This document shows, piece after piece, positions 24,484 through 36,442 of a stretch of 64,000 bases of DNA. Location: the NCBI GenBank assembly GCA_002104905.1, contig MCFE01000015.1:62001-126000 (forward strand). The letters are read 5' to 3'. This stretch comes from Basidiobolus meristosporus CBS 931.73 (lineage: Eukaryota > Fungi > Basidiobolomycota). The notes under the pieces are model-generated. The model saw only the letters and a program-made list of their open reading frames with translations, made no database searches and was not told the DNA's origin. A program made the position numbers and the translations under genes. The stretch's first letter is position 1. Each line of letters begins with the position of its first letter.

Positions 24484-26046
24484 ATGTCTAGAACACTGCC
24501 TTCTAGGTAATTCAACTGTTTGGTATTTATTAGCTTGGACAATCACCACAACAGTCTTACGACGATCGCTTCGATAGTGTTTCCTTGCAAGGATCATAAT
24601 ATTGACAGCTCCAATTTGTAGATGGTATTCACAACCTTCTAGCTCGCCTCACAGTGTGCAGTTGCCCATCTTAGATTACGCTGCAGATCCTACCTACAAA
24701 ATACACTATATGAAATCTGCTCAAGAAGCAAACACTTTGATTGAGGGTTTACAGTGAGTCCAGCCTCTGATCTCCAGACAGTTTTCCTTACTCACCCTTC
24801 CTAAAGAGGCAAAGTTTTTGCGTTGGACATTGAATGGCGAGTAAGACGGTTTACAAGCCTTGGGAAAACCGCTCTGGTACAGTTGTGCGACAACCACGGG
24901 GTTTATCTATTCCATATACATCATATGCGTGGTCAGTGATTTCCAAGTATTCCCTAGCTCCAGTTGATTTGCGTTATTGAACAGCCTTTCAATAGAATTC
25001 CCTATTCGACTTCGGGAACTTTTGGAAGACCCGTATATACTTAAGCCTGGGTGTAATATTCGGGGAGATGGGACAAAGCTGTTTAAGGATTACGGTGTGG
25101 AGTCTAGAAGTTTGTTAGAGCTAGGGTCATTAGGGATTCAAGTATCGGACCAGTTTAATGGGCGTAAAATCCAGAAGTTAACTACTTTGGTCGAGATTCT
25201 GGTGAGTTTCCCCTCTTTCCCTCCATCTTGGTCTGATACGCTAACCGTGTGGACTTCAATAGCTACAGCGCTCAATGAAGAAAGAGCATAACATTGCCTT
25301 GAGCAATTGGGAAGTATACAAGTTGTCAGCAGACCAGATCAATTACGCAGGAAACGATGTCTACGTAGGTGGATGCTGTGGTTATTCGGTATATGTTGGG
25401 TTACGCTAACAACATGTTTCAGGTTGGCTACAAGCTTTTCGAGCAAATCCGCAAGACACAGCTTGAGAAATCAGAGCAAAAATACTGGATGACTCTGTAT
25501 AATATTAGTAGCAACACCCAAGTCTTTGAAGTTGAGCGCTCGCTCGAGGGACAGTTGGTCATATGTAATAATCCCCAGCAGAACCCTGTTGCTTCTATTA
25601 CCAACCCTAACTGGGATCAGCCAGTTCTCTCAATCAAGCGAAAGCCATCGAAGCAAGAGCTGGAGGCTGATCCTGAGGTTAAAACACGGCACCCCTCGTT
25701 ACTCGACCTTCAGAGCGCTTTCTTCAAGCACGAAAAGCTGGCGGAGACTGGCAATGTCGAACCTCCCGCAACGGAGGATTTCCAAAAGGAATTCTGCCAA
25801 GCAGCCATGGATTCCTGGTCCAAGTCACATAGACAGACCAGGGTAGCCACAAAGCGTGAAGATTCGATGCTAAAGCAGAGCAGTTCTCAGGCAGATTTGG
25901 AAAAACTCGCTAGACACACCCAGATTTACCAGGAGTCAATAAACTATTCACACAGCTGGTCAAGTGAGATGCAGCCGGGAGGTGGCACAGAGGCAGATCA
26001 ATTGACTGAGGAATATCTGAAGAGTTGGTCTATTCATAGAAATTAG
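24484..26046 (+). CDS. DEDDy 3'-5' exonuclease, WRN-exo/EXD2-like, multi-exon; start uncertain
   Basis: ExoI ALDIEW, TALVQLC, ExoII NIRGDGTKL, SNWE..LSADQINYAGNDVY (ExoIII), followed by a low-complexity C-terminal tail. Confidence 0.82.
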
Positions 26047-26403
26047 CCCTGTTTCTAGCAAAGTAAGAGTTGAATAAACATAGACTGATGCACATGATTT
26101 ATCCTAATGAGTCTACGCAGGACGGCTTTCATGAGAAAGAATTAGCATGATGGATTTATATGGATAGAGTGTTGTTGACAAACAATCGAAATTCGAAAGA
26201 AATTTTATACCGCAAACTTTCCGTATAATATATAGAAATTGATGCCAAGCATCTGATGGCTTTACTGCTTGTATCAGTGTAGGCAACTTGGCGGATTAAT
26301 TTCAGTGATAGATATTCTTGCTCGCCTACCAGTTACTCCCTTATTTTTCATCAATCGCCTCCCTCCACTTTTGCGTGTGTGAACACAAGTTCCTTCTGAA
26401 ATA

Positions 26404-29113
26404 ATGTCTTCCAATATAAATACGTCGGACCAGCGAGGAACGGCCATCCATAGCATCGAGGAATTGGAAAGAAACGCCGCAGTGATTCAAGGGCTTAAGT
26501 TGCCAGCAAAGATCTGGTGCACTCAGGCTAATCGCTTATATGAACAGGTATTTCAACGTGTAAATGTGGCTAGCTTCACTCATCCAAAGACTAAATCCTG
26601 TTCTTTGTTACAGGCGAATGTCTCAAGGGAGAAAGGAGATCTGGTAAACGCATATATCCAATATTATAAATTCAACAAGTTAGTGTTGCTTACTTGAAAA
26701 GTCAGAACCCTATCGCATTTATTGATTCCACGGCTTACCTAGTATTGTCACCTCCGTAATACCTCAGAATAGTAATGAGTTTCGAGAAGTATGCTTTTGC
26801 CCCCCTGTTTGTATCAATGCACATAAGACCTAATAGCTTTCTTGATAGAAAACACACCAAGCCGACATAATCTTGAACCAATTAAGAGGTGAATTGGTGA
26901 GTCGTTTTGGATTCCAGACGTCCAGAAACCTGTACAGTACTCCTCAGTTAAGTCATGAACGCGCCCCTTCGGCGAATAGCTCGACCTCCAACCTTTCCCA
27001 AAGCTCCAGTAGTAGTTATGCTACTGTGTCACGCACGTCGAATATTCCACAAACTCCGGTTTATCAGGAGCAGTATACTGTTCAGAGGCCACCCGAATAT
27101 CAACCCGTACCTGCACAAGAGTCCGTAAGGGAGAACAATAGGCCCAGCATAAGGAAATCAGATTCAGAATATTCACTGAACACTACGGCTGTGCATGAAT
27201 TTGATGCTAACGGCCCTGACATCCGCGATTCGATGCTTAGGTTTCCACAAGTCGAAGACATCCACGACGCATCCTTTTCTGGTGCCACTTTGAGCTCAGA
27301 TCTTGATATCGAGAGAGTTTCGCAAAGATACCCAAGCCTAGATCACGTAAATTCCATTAATACCAGCCTAAATGGAGCCTCACACCATGGGAATCTAGGA
27401 TATGTCTATGGCGCATCTCCCGCCCAAGATCCGACATTTCCTCAGGATAGCCACGGCATCTCACCAAATGCTCAATCAATGCCTAGTAACACAGGCCCGA
27501 CAGAACCAAATCCACAATCAGCACAAAGCAATCTGAAGCAAAACTCGGACGGGCCACAATCATCCACTAAGCTCAAGTCCCCCACCAGAACTCCATCTAG
27601 ACGTTGGTTTAGTTCCAATGCAATCTCCAAAACTTCTTTTGCTTTCCCTCACGCTACAGTCATCTCAACGAGTGCCCTCCATCAATACCTTTGCCAGACG
27701 AGTAATCCCCCATCGATTCTTTTAATGGATATCAGGCCAAGAGAAGAATTTGACCGAGGTCATATCGAAGCTAAGCACATAATCAACATTGATCCTATGA
27801 TTTTAAAGAACGAGTCAGTATATTAAGTTGGTGGGATACCAGCCAATTCCGGGATCTAACCCCAAATTCTTTTCCATAGAACCACTTCATCTAAAATCGA
27901 GGCTGCACTGCAACTATGCTCAGCAAAGGAGCGATCTTTGTTCAATGAAAGACACAAGGTGGACTTGGTGGTTTTTTACGATCAAAGCTCCACTTCATTG
28001 ACTCAACGGCCCATCGAACTTGGTGGAGATCTTACAGCCAATCCATTGCAACATCTAGTTTCGGCCATTTATGAGCTCGAGTTTGAGAAGGTTTTGATAC
28101 GCATGCCTGTGTTACTCAGCGGAGGCTATCAAGCATGGAAAAATCAGTATGGTGGAGGGAAAATCCCCTCAAGCAAAGTAATGGGACCAAGACATAACCA
28201 ACATCAGTTGCCCAGAACAAGTGAGCATACTGAAAGCAGACAGAGCACTATTACGCATGATTGGTTCAACAGACAGGATAGCTTTTCTTCCACCAGGTGA
28301 CTTTTGTCATGTATATATAACATTACAGTCACGAAGTTAACCATACATCATTCATTTCATAGTCAGGTACCGCGGCTTCCAGACAACACTAGCTCTGAGC
28401 AGATTGATATGCTAGTCAATAAGCTCAACCAATCCACCATAACATCATCGAACGTGGGTCAACCCGCCCCACTGGAAGTATACGATTACTTTCAGCAAAA
28501 CGCGACAGCCGCAAATCAACCACCCTATCCGGATTATCCCTCGAAAAAGGACGACGTTTCACCACACTCTGGCATGCCTCAACAGTCATATCCGCTCCAA
28601 TATGATCCACATAATCAACAGCATATTCATGGTTCGAACTGGTCTGCATTGTCGCAACAAACTCAGAATGCAGACGTAAGTTTTTATCGTCCGCTGCAGC
28701 CTCAAAACGTACCACAGCGACCTTATAGCGGCCATGAGTATAATTCCAAACCATCAATGGGCTCTCAACCGAATGGTCACCAAAATCTCCCTCCTCAACA
28801 TTACCCTCGTCATTCAAATCCCCCACAATATCCATACGTACGACCAACACCACCACCTCATCATCAACGCAATCCTGGAGCATTTCTAATGCCACAGCCT
28901 GAGCATTATTGCTCCACGACTAATCAAATGCACATGCCCATGCCTACGCCAACGCCTATGCACAATACTGGCAACCAGCAAATGATGCACAATAGGCCCA
29001 CTGCTCAACATCCCAGTGAAGCAAAATCAAAACTTCACCGACGTAAAACCTTTTTGGACAACCCATATTATGGATTCACAACAACCAATAATAGTATATA
29101 TGGGATACTCTGA
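26404..29113 (+). pseudogene. DOA4: Doa4/USP8 deubiquitinase, 5' part only (MIT/USP8-dimer region, rhodanese domain, P/Q-rich linker); truncated at 29100 by fusion to copia sequence, catalytic C19 domain absent
   Basis: GDLVNAYIQYYKF, ILLMDIRPREEFDRGHIEAKHIINIDP, LVVFYDQSS, VLLSGGYQAW. No GLxNLGNTC Cys box appears before the in-frame TGA at 29111-29113, which lies within copia sequence. Confidence 0.8.
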
Positions 29114-30232
29114 TGCAGATTGGGGACAAAATTTGGAAGACAGAAGATCCACTACAGGATACCCCTTTCTTTACTGTAAAGGAGCAATTTCATGGAATTC
29201 AAGAAAGCAACCAACCATTGCACTTTCTACTACAGAGGCAGAGTATATGGCAGCCTGTGAAGCTACAAAAGAAGCAATATGGTTAAGAAAGCTCCTTACA
29301 GATTTAGGCCATATTGCAGCAGTTAAGTGGATTTTTAGATACCTAAACGGAACTGCTGATATCTGCTTAAGATACACTTATAAGGATTCAGAAAAGGATC
29401 TTGTGGGATACTCTGATGCAGATTGGGGACAAAATTTGGAAGACAGAAGATCAACTACAGGATATGCCTTTCTTTACTGTCAAGGAGCAATTTATGGAAT
29501 TTAAGAAAGCAACCAACTGTAGCACTTATCACCATGGTGACAGAGTATATGCCAGCCTGTGAAGCTACAAAAGAAGCAATGTGGTTAAGAAAGCTTTTTG
29601 CAGATTTAGGCCTATGTCAAAAAATGCCTATTACTTTATTTCAAGACAATCAAGGATGTATACAATTAGGTAGAAATCCAACTTTTCATGCTAGAGCCAA
29701 GCACATAGATATTAGACATCATTTCATACGTGAAGCTATAGAGAATAACTTAGTTAGCTTAGTTTACTGTCCTACAGATGAAATGATTGCAGACATATTT
29801 ACCAAACCATTAGCTAGAGACAAGCTTGAATATCTTAGTTCAAAATTAGGACTAGTCAGTATGAACATTTAGCTGAGTGGGAGTGTTGTAAAAATTTGTA
29901 TTTCCACCTAAATAGTCACCTAACTTAGTCACTTAGATCATCACCTTTGAATCCTAGTGAATACTGACCAAATTCCTTGTTGGGATTTACTTGAAATATT
30001 TTCATCAAAATACCAGGTACCCAGAACATGAAAATTCTCAAAGTTGTCCAAACAGCCCCAATCTTTGCATACATGTTCTTGGGACCTTCCTTAACCTATT
30101 CTAGATGTTTGTAATGCCAAGACCAGGTAAAAGTATAAATACTACTTTTACATTCAATAAATCATTAAGTGAAAACCACATAATCTACTTGCTCTCCCAA
30201 TCACTTCCAATATCTCCAAGACTTGTACAACA
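29101..30232 (+). mobile_element. Ty1/copia fragment F1: RNase H (partly duplicated, period 303 nt), PPT and 3' LTR 29884-30232; no 5' part
   Basis: GYSDADWGQNLEDRRSTTGY (twice), STTEAEY, DNQGCIQL..HARAKHIDIRHHFIRE, IADIFTKPL; GAGTGGGAG directly before TGTTG...CAACA. Confidence 0.9.
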
Positions 30233-33200
30233 GAATATCTATGTGCTTAGTTCTGGCATGGTTTGCAGGATTTCTAGCTAATGAAATACCACTTTGATTA
30301 TCTTGATAAATATATGTTGGTTCATCTGAGTTAAAGCCTAAGTCTTTGAATCATTTCTGTGGCCATGTAGCCTCCTTAGTTGCTTAGCAAGCAGCCACAT
30401 ATACAGCTTCAGTTGTAGATAGGGCCATAGTTGGTTGTTTCTTGCAATTCCAAGTAATAGCTGCACCAGTATAAAGAACTACATACCCAGTGGTAGAGTG
30501 TTGGTCAATCAGATCTCTACCCCAATCTCAATCACTGTAACCATCAAGTTTTTACCTATTAGCTGCTCCTGAGTATTCCAGCACCATATTTATGGTACCT
30601 TGTAGATATCTGCAAATCCGCTTAACCACTGTAATTTGATCTGATTCATAATTCTGCATGAATTGACTGACTATTCCAACTGCCACTGCAATATCTGGAC
30701 ATGTACATGCCATCAAGTGCATCAGGCTACCAACCTTTGATTGATATGGAAAGTGTTGGTCCATATTTGAGCCATTTTCACCTAAAATTGGCCCAGGTTT
30801 GCTCAATTTTAGATTATTGTGTATAGGGGTAGCTGCAGGCTTGCAATTTCCCATTTTGGAGCTTCTAGGAATGTCCTAGATGTACCTAAGCTGATTCAGC
30901 ACAATTTTCTGCATAGGTATGTCAAAATTCTCCTCTATTCCAAGAAAAGAGCTCTTCTTCCCAAGATCTTTCATCTCAAACTTGCTGAAGATATCTGATT
31001 TTGTCTATTTAAGTGCCTTATTGTCACTTGTAGCTATTATTAGGCTGTCCACATAAAGAACTAGGATGATCAAGCTCTTTTTGAGCTGTTTCATATATAT
31101 ATTTTGATCTGTGGTGCTACAAATGAACCCAATCTCCTCTAGATATATGTTGATCTTGCTATACCCTGCTCTAGGTGCCTGCTTAAGCCCATACCACAAT
31201 TCCCAGAGTCTGCACTGCTAATGGGGGCCTTTTGGATTAGTAAAATCTTCAGGTTGCTCCATATAAATAGTTTCTTGCAAATCCCCATTTAAAAGGCTGT
31301 TTTGACATCCACTTGTTGTAGATCTAGAATGTGTACAGCTGCCAGGGCTGGATCTGTCCTAATGGAGTTAAACTTGGCAACTGGAGCAAATGTTTCCTTA
31401 AAGTCTACTCCCTGGATCTGGGAATAGCCTTTAGCCACCAATATAGCCTTGTACCTATCAACAGTACCATTTGAGGTTATCTTGATTTTATAGACCCATC
31501 TACATCCTATTGACTTTCTCTCATTTAGTAAATCTACCTGTTCTCATGTTTTTGCTGTGATCAGTGATTGGTACTCCTCCTGCATAGCTTGTTGCCACAT
31601 AGTAGCATCTAGACTTTGCATTGCCTGTTCCAGATTCTGAGGCTCAGCACATAAGGCAAGATAATCTTCTTCATGATCATTGGATGTCTGCCACCAGGTT
31701 CCAGGGGCTTTTCTTGTTCTGGTATATCCCCTAACTGGGATAATCTTCTCTGATCTGGAACTGGTAGAATCATCTTCTGTATCTAGCTGAATTTGGTATG
31801 TATATTCTTCATTAGTGTTGATTGCATCATCAGGCATCTGGCCAATGATTCCTGAGGCTTTCTGATCTGAATTCTCCTCAAATACAACATCCCTGCTCTT
31901 GATCAGCTTCTGAGTTCTGTCATCATACACTCCATGCCCTTTATTATAATAACAATACCCAAGAAAGCTCCCTCCTCTGCTCTTTGGTTCCAGCTTTTAC
32001 AGTTTTTTGGCAGGGATGTGATAAAAGACCCCACTGCCAAAGATCCTGAGGTGCTGGGGGTCTGGTTTATTTCATTTATATACTTCAAAGGGTATATAAT
32101 CTTATAGTGCTGTTGTTGGGCATTTATTCTTGATGTATATTGCAATAGCAACAGATTCAACCCAAAGCTTGTAGTCAATTCCCTCATCATGTAGCATAAA
32201 TCTTGCAATCACTTCTATTGTTCTATTTGCATATTGTGCTAATTCATTTTGCTGTGGAGTATGTGGGACAGAGGTCTATTGAAGTATTGCAGTAGATGAG
32301 CAGTGTTTTGCAGACTTCTTGGAGCAGTATTCCCTTCCATTGTCCCTTCAATTTACACCCAGTTTGTGTTTCTGCCATGTTCTTGAAGTGTTAAATGTCT
32401 CTAAAGCCTCATCCTTTGTTGTCAAGAAGCATACCCATGTATATCTTGTCTTGTCATTGATAAACAACATAGAGTATCTGTTGGCTCTAAAGGACAGTGT
32501 TCTCATGGGCCCACATGTGTCTGAGTGTACAATGGCCAATAATATGCTAGTGTGGATGCCTCATGAGCTCCTAAAACATTGCCTAGCTTGTTTGCCATAT
32601 GAAAATCCCTTACAGACACTTAATTGGATTGGAATTGAGTAAGTTATGCCTAAAGCAGCTGATTCTTCACCAAAAGGCTCATTTTCTGTTCCCCAATGTG
32701 TCCTAGCCTCCTATGCCATGCCTCCCAGTTTGTTTATTAATTTCAGCAATGTTGGCATACTCAGGTAATATGATCTTGCATTGTAGCTTGTATATATTGT
32801 GATATCTAATTCCCAAACCTAGTTTTTGTCCACTTTCAGTCATATTGAGCAGTTCAGCTTAGTAAAATCAAATATCAATCCCTGAGCAGTTGCTTTACTG
32901 ACTATGAGTAGGTTCTTGGCTATTCCAGGTATGTAGGGTACATCAGTCAGTTTTTCTGCTGTAGCCCCTGAGATATCTCTTGTATTCAGTAGCATAGACC
33001 CACTGGTGGTAGCTTCCAGTGCAGAGTTGTCTCCTGGATAAACCTTTCATATGGGAATAGTCTTTAAGTTGCTGAACCACTCCTTTATACCACAAATATG
33101 CTGTGATACTCCAGAGTCAATAGACCACTTATTACTTTAGTTGCTTGAACTCTCTTGTGCAGCCACAAGTAACAGTGTGGTGGTGTATAAGTCCAAGGGA

Positions 33201-35208
33201 GAGATACGTTCAACACTTCTCAAGTGTTTTGTGTGTGGGGTGTTCACTGGGTGCAATAACCTCTGGCAAAAGCTTGCTAGGAATACTTGGGTTCTATCTC
33301 TAATCTAATGTGAAGGGGAATAAAGCCACAAGCTTGTCAAGGGAAAGCTATTGAGCTACAATCCCCAACTTAGTTGGCATCTTAACAAAAGTATGTGCTG
33401 GGTTCAGCGTCCTTTGAGATAACAATGTACTAAAGCTTCCAAAGTCAAAACAACTGTAAACTCCACCAACAGGGACTTGATAAGAATGCAGCTGTGGTCA
33501 ATAGTTACAAAGACAGAAAAGTATCTTTGCCTGTAGAAGAACAAACTTGAGAAAGAATCAAATATAATAAAAAATACCTACTCTGAGTATTCCTCACAAG
33601 TAGTGCCTCCAAGGTCAGTTGGCTGTCAGCGCAGTTTCCTGGCAGTGTCCTGTGGTCTGGGGTTGGAAGTTCAGGTAGCAGCAGGTAGCAGTGATCACAC
33701 TAATCAACAAGTTGGTATATTGATAAAAGAAATGATGATTTATTGTTGAGGGATAGCCTCCCTTATATACTTTTCTTACTGGCTAAGTGATTACTAATCA
33801 TAGTGTTCCAGAAGGTTCCGGATATCAATAAAAATCTTAATGACATCAGAATGACCTAAGAATGCTCTAAGTAGGTGCCGGAAGGTTCTAAGAGGCACAG
33901 CACATCCAACCAATCAGGAATCAGTATTCTGAAACCTGTGTAACCTAGGGATACCATGTATGGTATGGAAATGGTAAGGTTGGTGATACGGGTTAATCAT
34001 GTGTCACAGGTACTGGCACAGGTACTGGCACGGGTACTTGCCTAATATAGAAGCACTTATAGCTAGTAATCTACATAAAGTGAGGGGTAACTTATGCAAT
34101 AAGGTAAGCAGGTATGATAGTCAACCGGCTTATGGGATAGTACTGATTGGGTAAAACAAATGCGATAAAACTAAAATAAATGTAGCAGAGATATAGGGAA
34201 GTAGAAAATGAGGGAATGAGCACATCTGTCAATGGGTGTCACTGTTGCCCCACTACAACAGTTCATCAGTAGTTATATGGTTTGCATGCTACAGTTTCTG
34301 TTTTTTGTCTGCTTGTTTCTTCTTGCATTCTCTTACCCAATGTCCTAGCTTCTTACAGTAGTCAGAGTAACCAGGTATTCTTTGGTTTTGTTGCTTTCCT
34401 TTCTTTTCTGTGTGCCTTTCTGAGCTAAATATATTGTCTTCAATTTTCTCTGCTTGATCATTATGTCTGAGTTCTTCATAAAAAAGTGTTCCTTTGACAT
34501 AGTCTAAAGTCAATTTGTCTTCTCTGCTTTCAAAAGAAAGTATGAGTGGCTCATACTTGTCTGGTGGCTGCAAAGCAGACAGAGTATCTTTTCTCCATCA
34601 TCTACACCAGCATTGATACTGTGGAGTTCTTTGGCAAGTGTCTCCATTCTGGTAACAAGTTGTAGTATGTCATCATCAGGCTTCTTCCTCATGTTGACAA
34701 ACTTTCATTTTAAATAAAGCTTGCTTGATACTGAATTTGCTCTAGAGATCTTCACCATGGATTTCCATGCAGCTTTGGCAGTATCTGAAGCATGGATTTG
34801 TCCAATGAAGGAATCTTGCACATTGATGCATATAGCACTAAAGGCCTTTCTCTCCTTTGCTTCAAACTTCTCCACTTCTTCTGCTGTTCCCTTAGGATCA
34901 ACTTCTTTTCCTGTTACCATATTACAAAGCTTTCTTTCCTTAAGGTGGATCTGCATCTTGATTCTCCAAAGTTTGTGGTTCTTCCCATCAAACTTCTCCA
35001 TTATAGGGAATATGTTTGTATGGTACTGTTTGCTGGTTGAAGTCATCATTAGAATAGGTTGAGGCAGTTGGGGCACATAACCTGTTGCAATTTAAGAAGT
35101 TAAATGGATATAAGGAACTTATTAAGAAAAGTGATAATAGTTGAACTGTTGTTTATTCATAAAGAGGATCAGTATTTATACCTTTGTAGAAGCAATACAG
35201 CTGTAACA
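30233..35208 (-). mobile_element. Decayed Ty1/copia element E (probable short 5' LTR about 35083-35208, PBS, gag, protease, integrase, RT, RNase H cut at KHIDI)
   Basis: LTR end AACA followed by GGTTATGTGCCCC (half-tRNA-iMet-type PBS). Also UBN2-like gag, CKKLGHWVREC knuckle, WSIDSG protease, HSDTCGP integrase, YQSKVGSLMHL RT; many stops. Confidence 0.88.
33176..34257. mobile_element. 1082-bp solo LTR of an otherwise absent family, inserted in copia E
   Basis: TGTGGTGG...CCACTACA termini with a 4-bp TSD ACAG (33172-33175 / 34258-34261). Removing it restores E's frame (TTDELLLVAAQESS..KWSIDSG). Confidence 0.85.
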
Positions 35209-36079
35209 CTAAGAAACAAGGGTTTCTTAACATTCAGGAGCACTCTGTAACAGTTTCAGGGCTGGTACATAATGTTTGGTAAAAAGTGTTAATATGATCT
35301 TAACTATAGGGGAATAAATATTAGATCATAGATACAATGAAACTGTCAATGTTGGGGCTGCAAGTTAGTCCTATAGTGACCAAGACTAGTCTACAACTGT
35401 TAAGCAAATTCTCAGCTGTTAAATGATACTACATAGTCTAATATATCAACAGATGCATGTTATTAAGGCAAACTAGTGCAGGGTACTGCTTTGATGGGAG
35501 ATAGGCTCACAATCCATCAGTGAACCTTTGTCCTTGGAGCTATTGCTTCTCAGGCCTAGTTTTCATAGTTCCTTGATGGCATCTTTGTTTCAGGGAGTTT
35601 GGCTTTGCAATGCCCTCTTGAGAGTGTTATTACAGTTAGCTCTCACAGTGTCATAGATTTCTGCAACAGCACTGAGGATAATTGAAATAACTGGGAGAAC
35701 AAGTGGATTATCAAATCATTTAAGTAGTGATTCATCAAATGTGTCTTGGGGATGATACTATACATAGTGTTAGCAGAGCAAACATGAAGAGTATATTTAA
35801 GCAGGCTTCAAAGGCATGTGTGCAAGGTCTCAGGGTCTCTGGCTCACTCTGAGATTTCTCATGTTATTGAGATTTGATATTTTACTGTAACATTGAAGGT
35901 GTACACCAACAAGGAGCAGTTCCAATGATTGTACTTCACCTAACATGGAGACCCTTCATCAAATCTGCTGCAGGGATGCATATATAAAGTGTTCTTGCAT
36001 TAGGTTTATAACTTCTCTGCTAAGCACAACAGTAAGTTTTAGACATTGGAAGTTTGGATGCACAGCTGGTTTATGTGGT

Positions 36080-36442
36080 TTTTGTTATAATTATTAAAAT
36101 GTCACCTAATTATTCATGCTAACTTAGTCATATAGATCTTATTCTGCAATTAGCATTCTATGCTTGCCAAATTTTTTGTCAGGATGTACTTGGAATATTT
36201 TTGCCAAATTATTAGGTACCCAGATTATGATCTTGTTAAGATTGTACAAAAGAATTCAAACTTTACACACATATTCTTGGGGCTTTTCTTAACATGCTGT
36301 ACACATTAGTTGCTCTAATCTATCACAAGTATTAACACTATTCTTTTAATCAATATATCTACAAGTAAATAACATGTATATTATCTAGTTCTCTACATCA
36401 ATTTCAATACTCCTCAGAGTATTTAACTGAATATGAGCCCCA
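36080..36442 (+). mobile_element. Degenerate copia LTR (D/F-like family) followed by a PBS-like ATATGAGCCCC
   Basis: Shares blocks with LTR 29884-30232 (CTTAGTCA.ATAGATC, GATGTACTTGGAATATTT, GGTACCCAGA). Confidence 0.6.

Noticed and set aside
29016-29504. ORF 29016-29504 as a functional USP8-copia fusion protein
   Set aside because: It is in a different frame from DOA4, which stops at 29113, and begins at a non-ATG codon.
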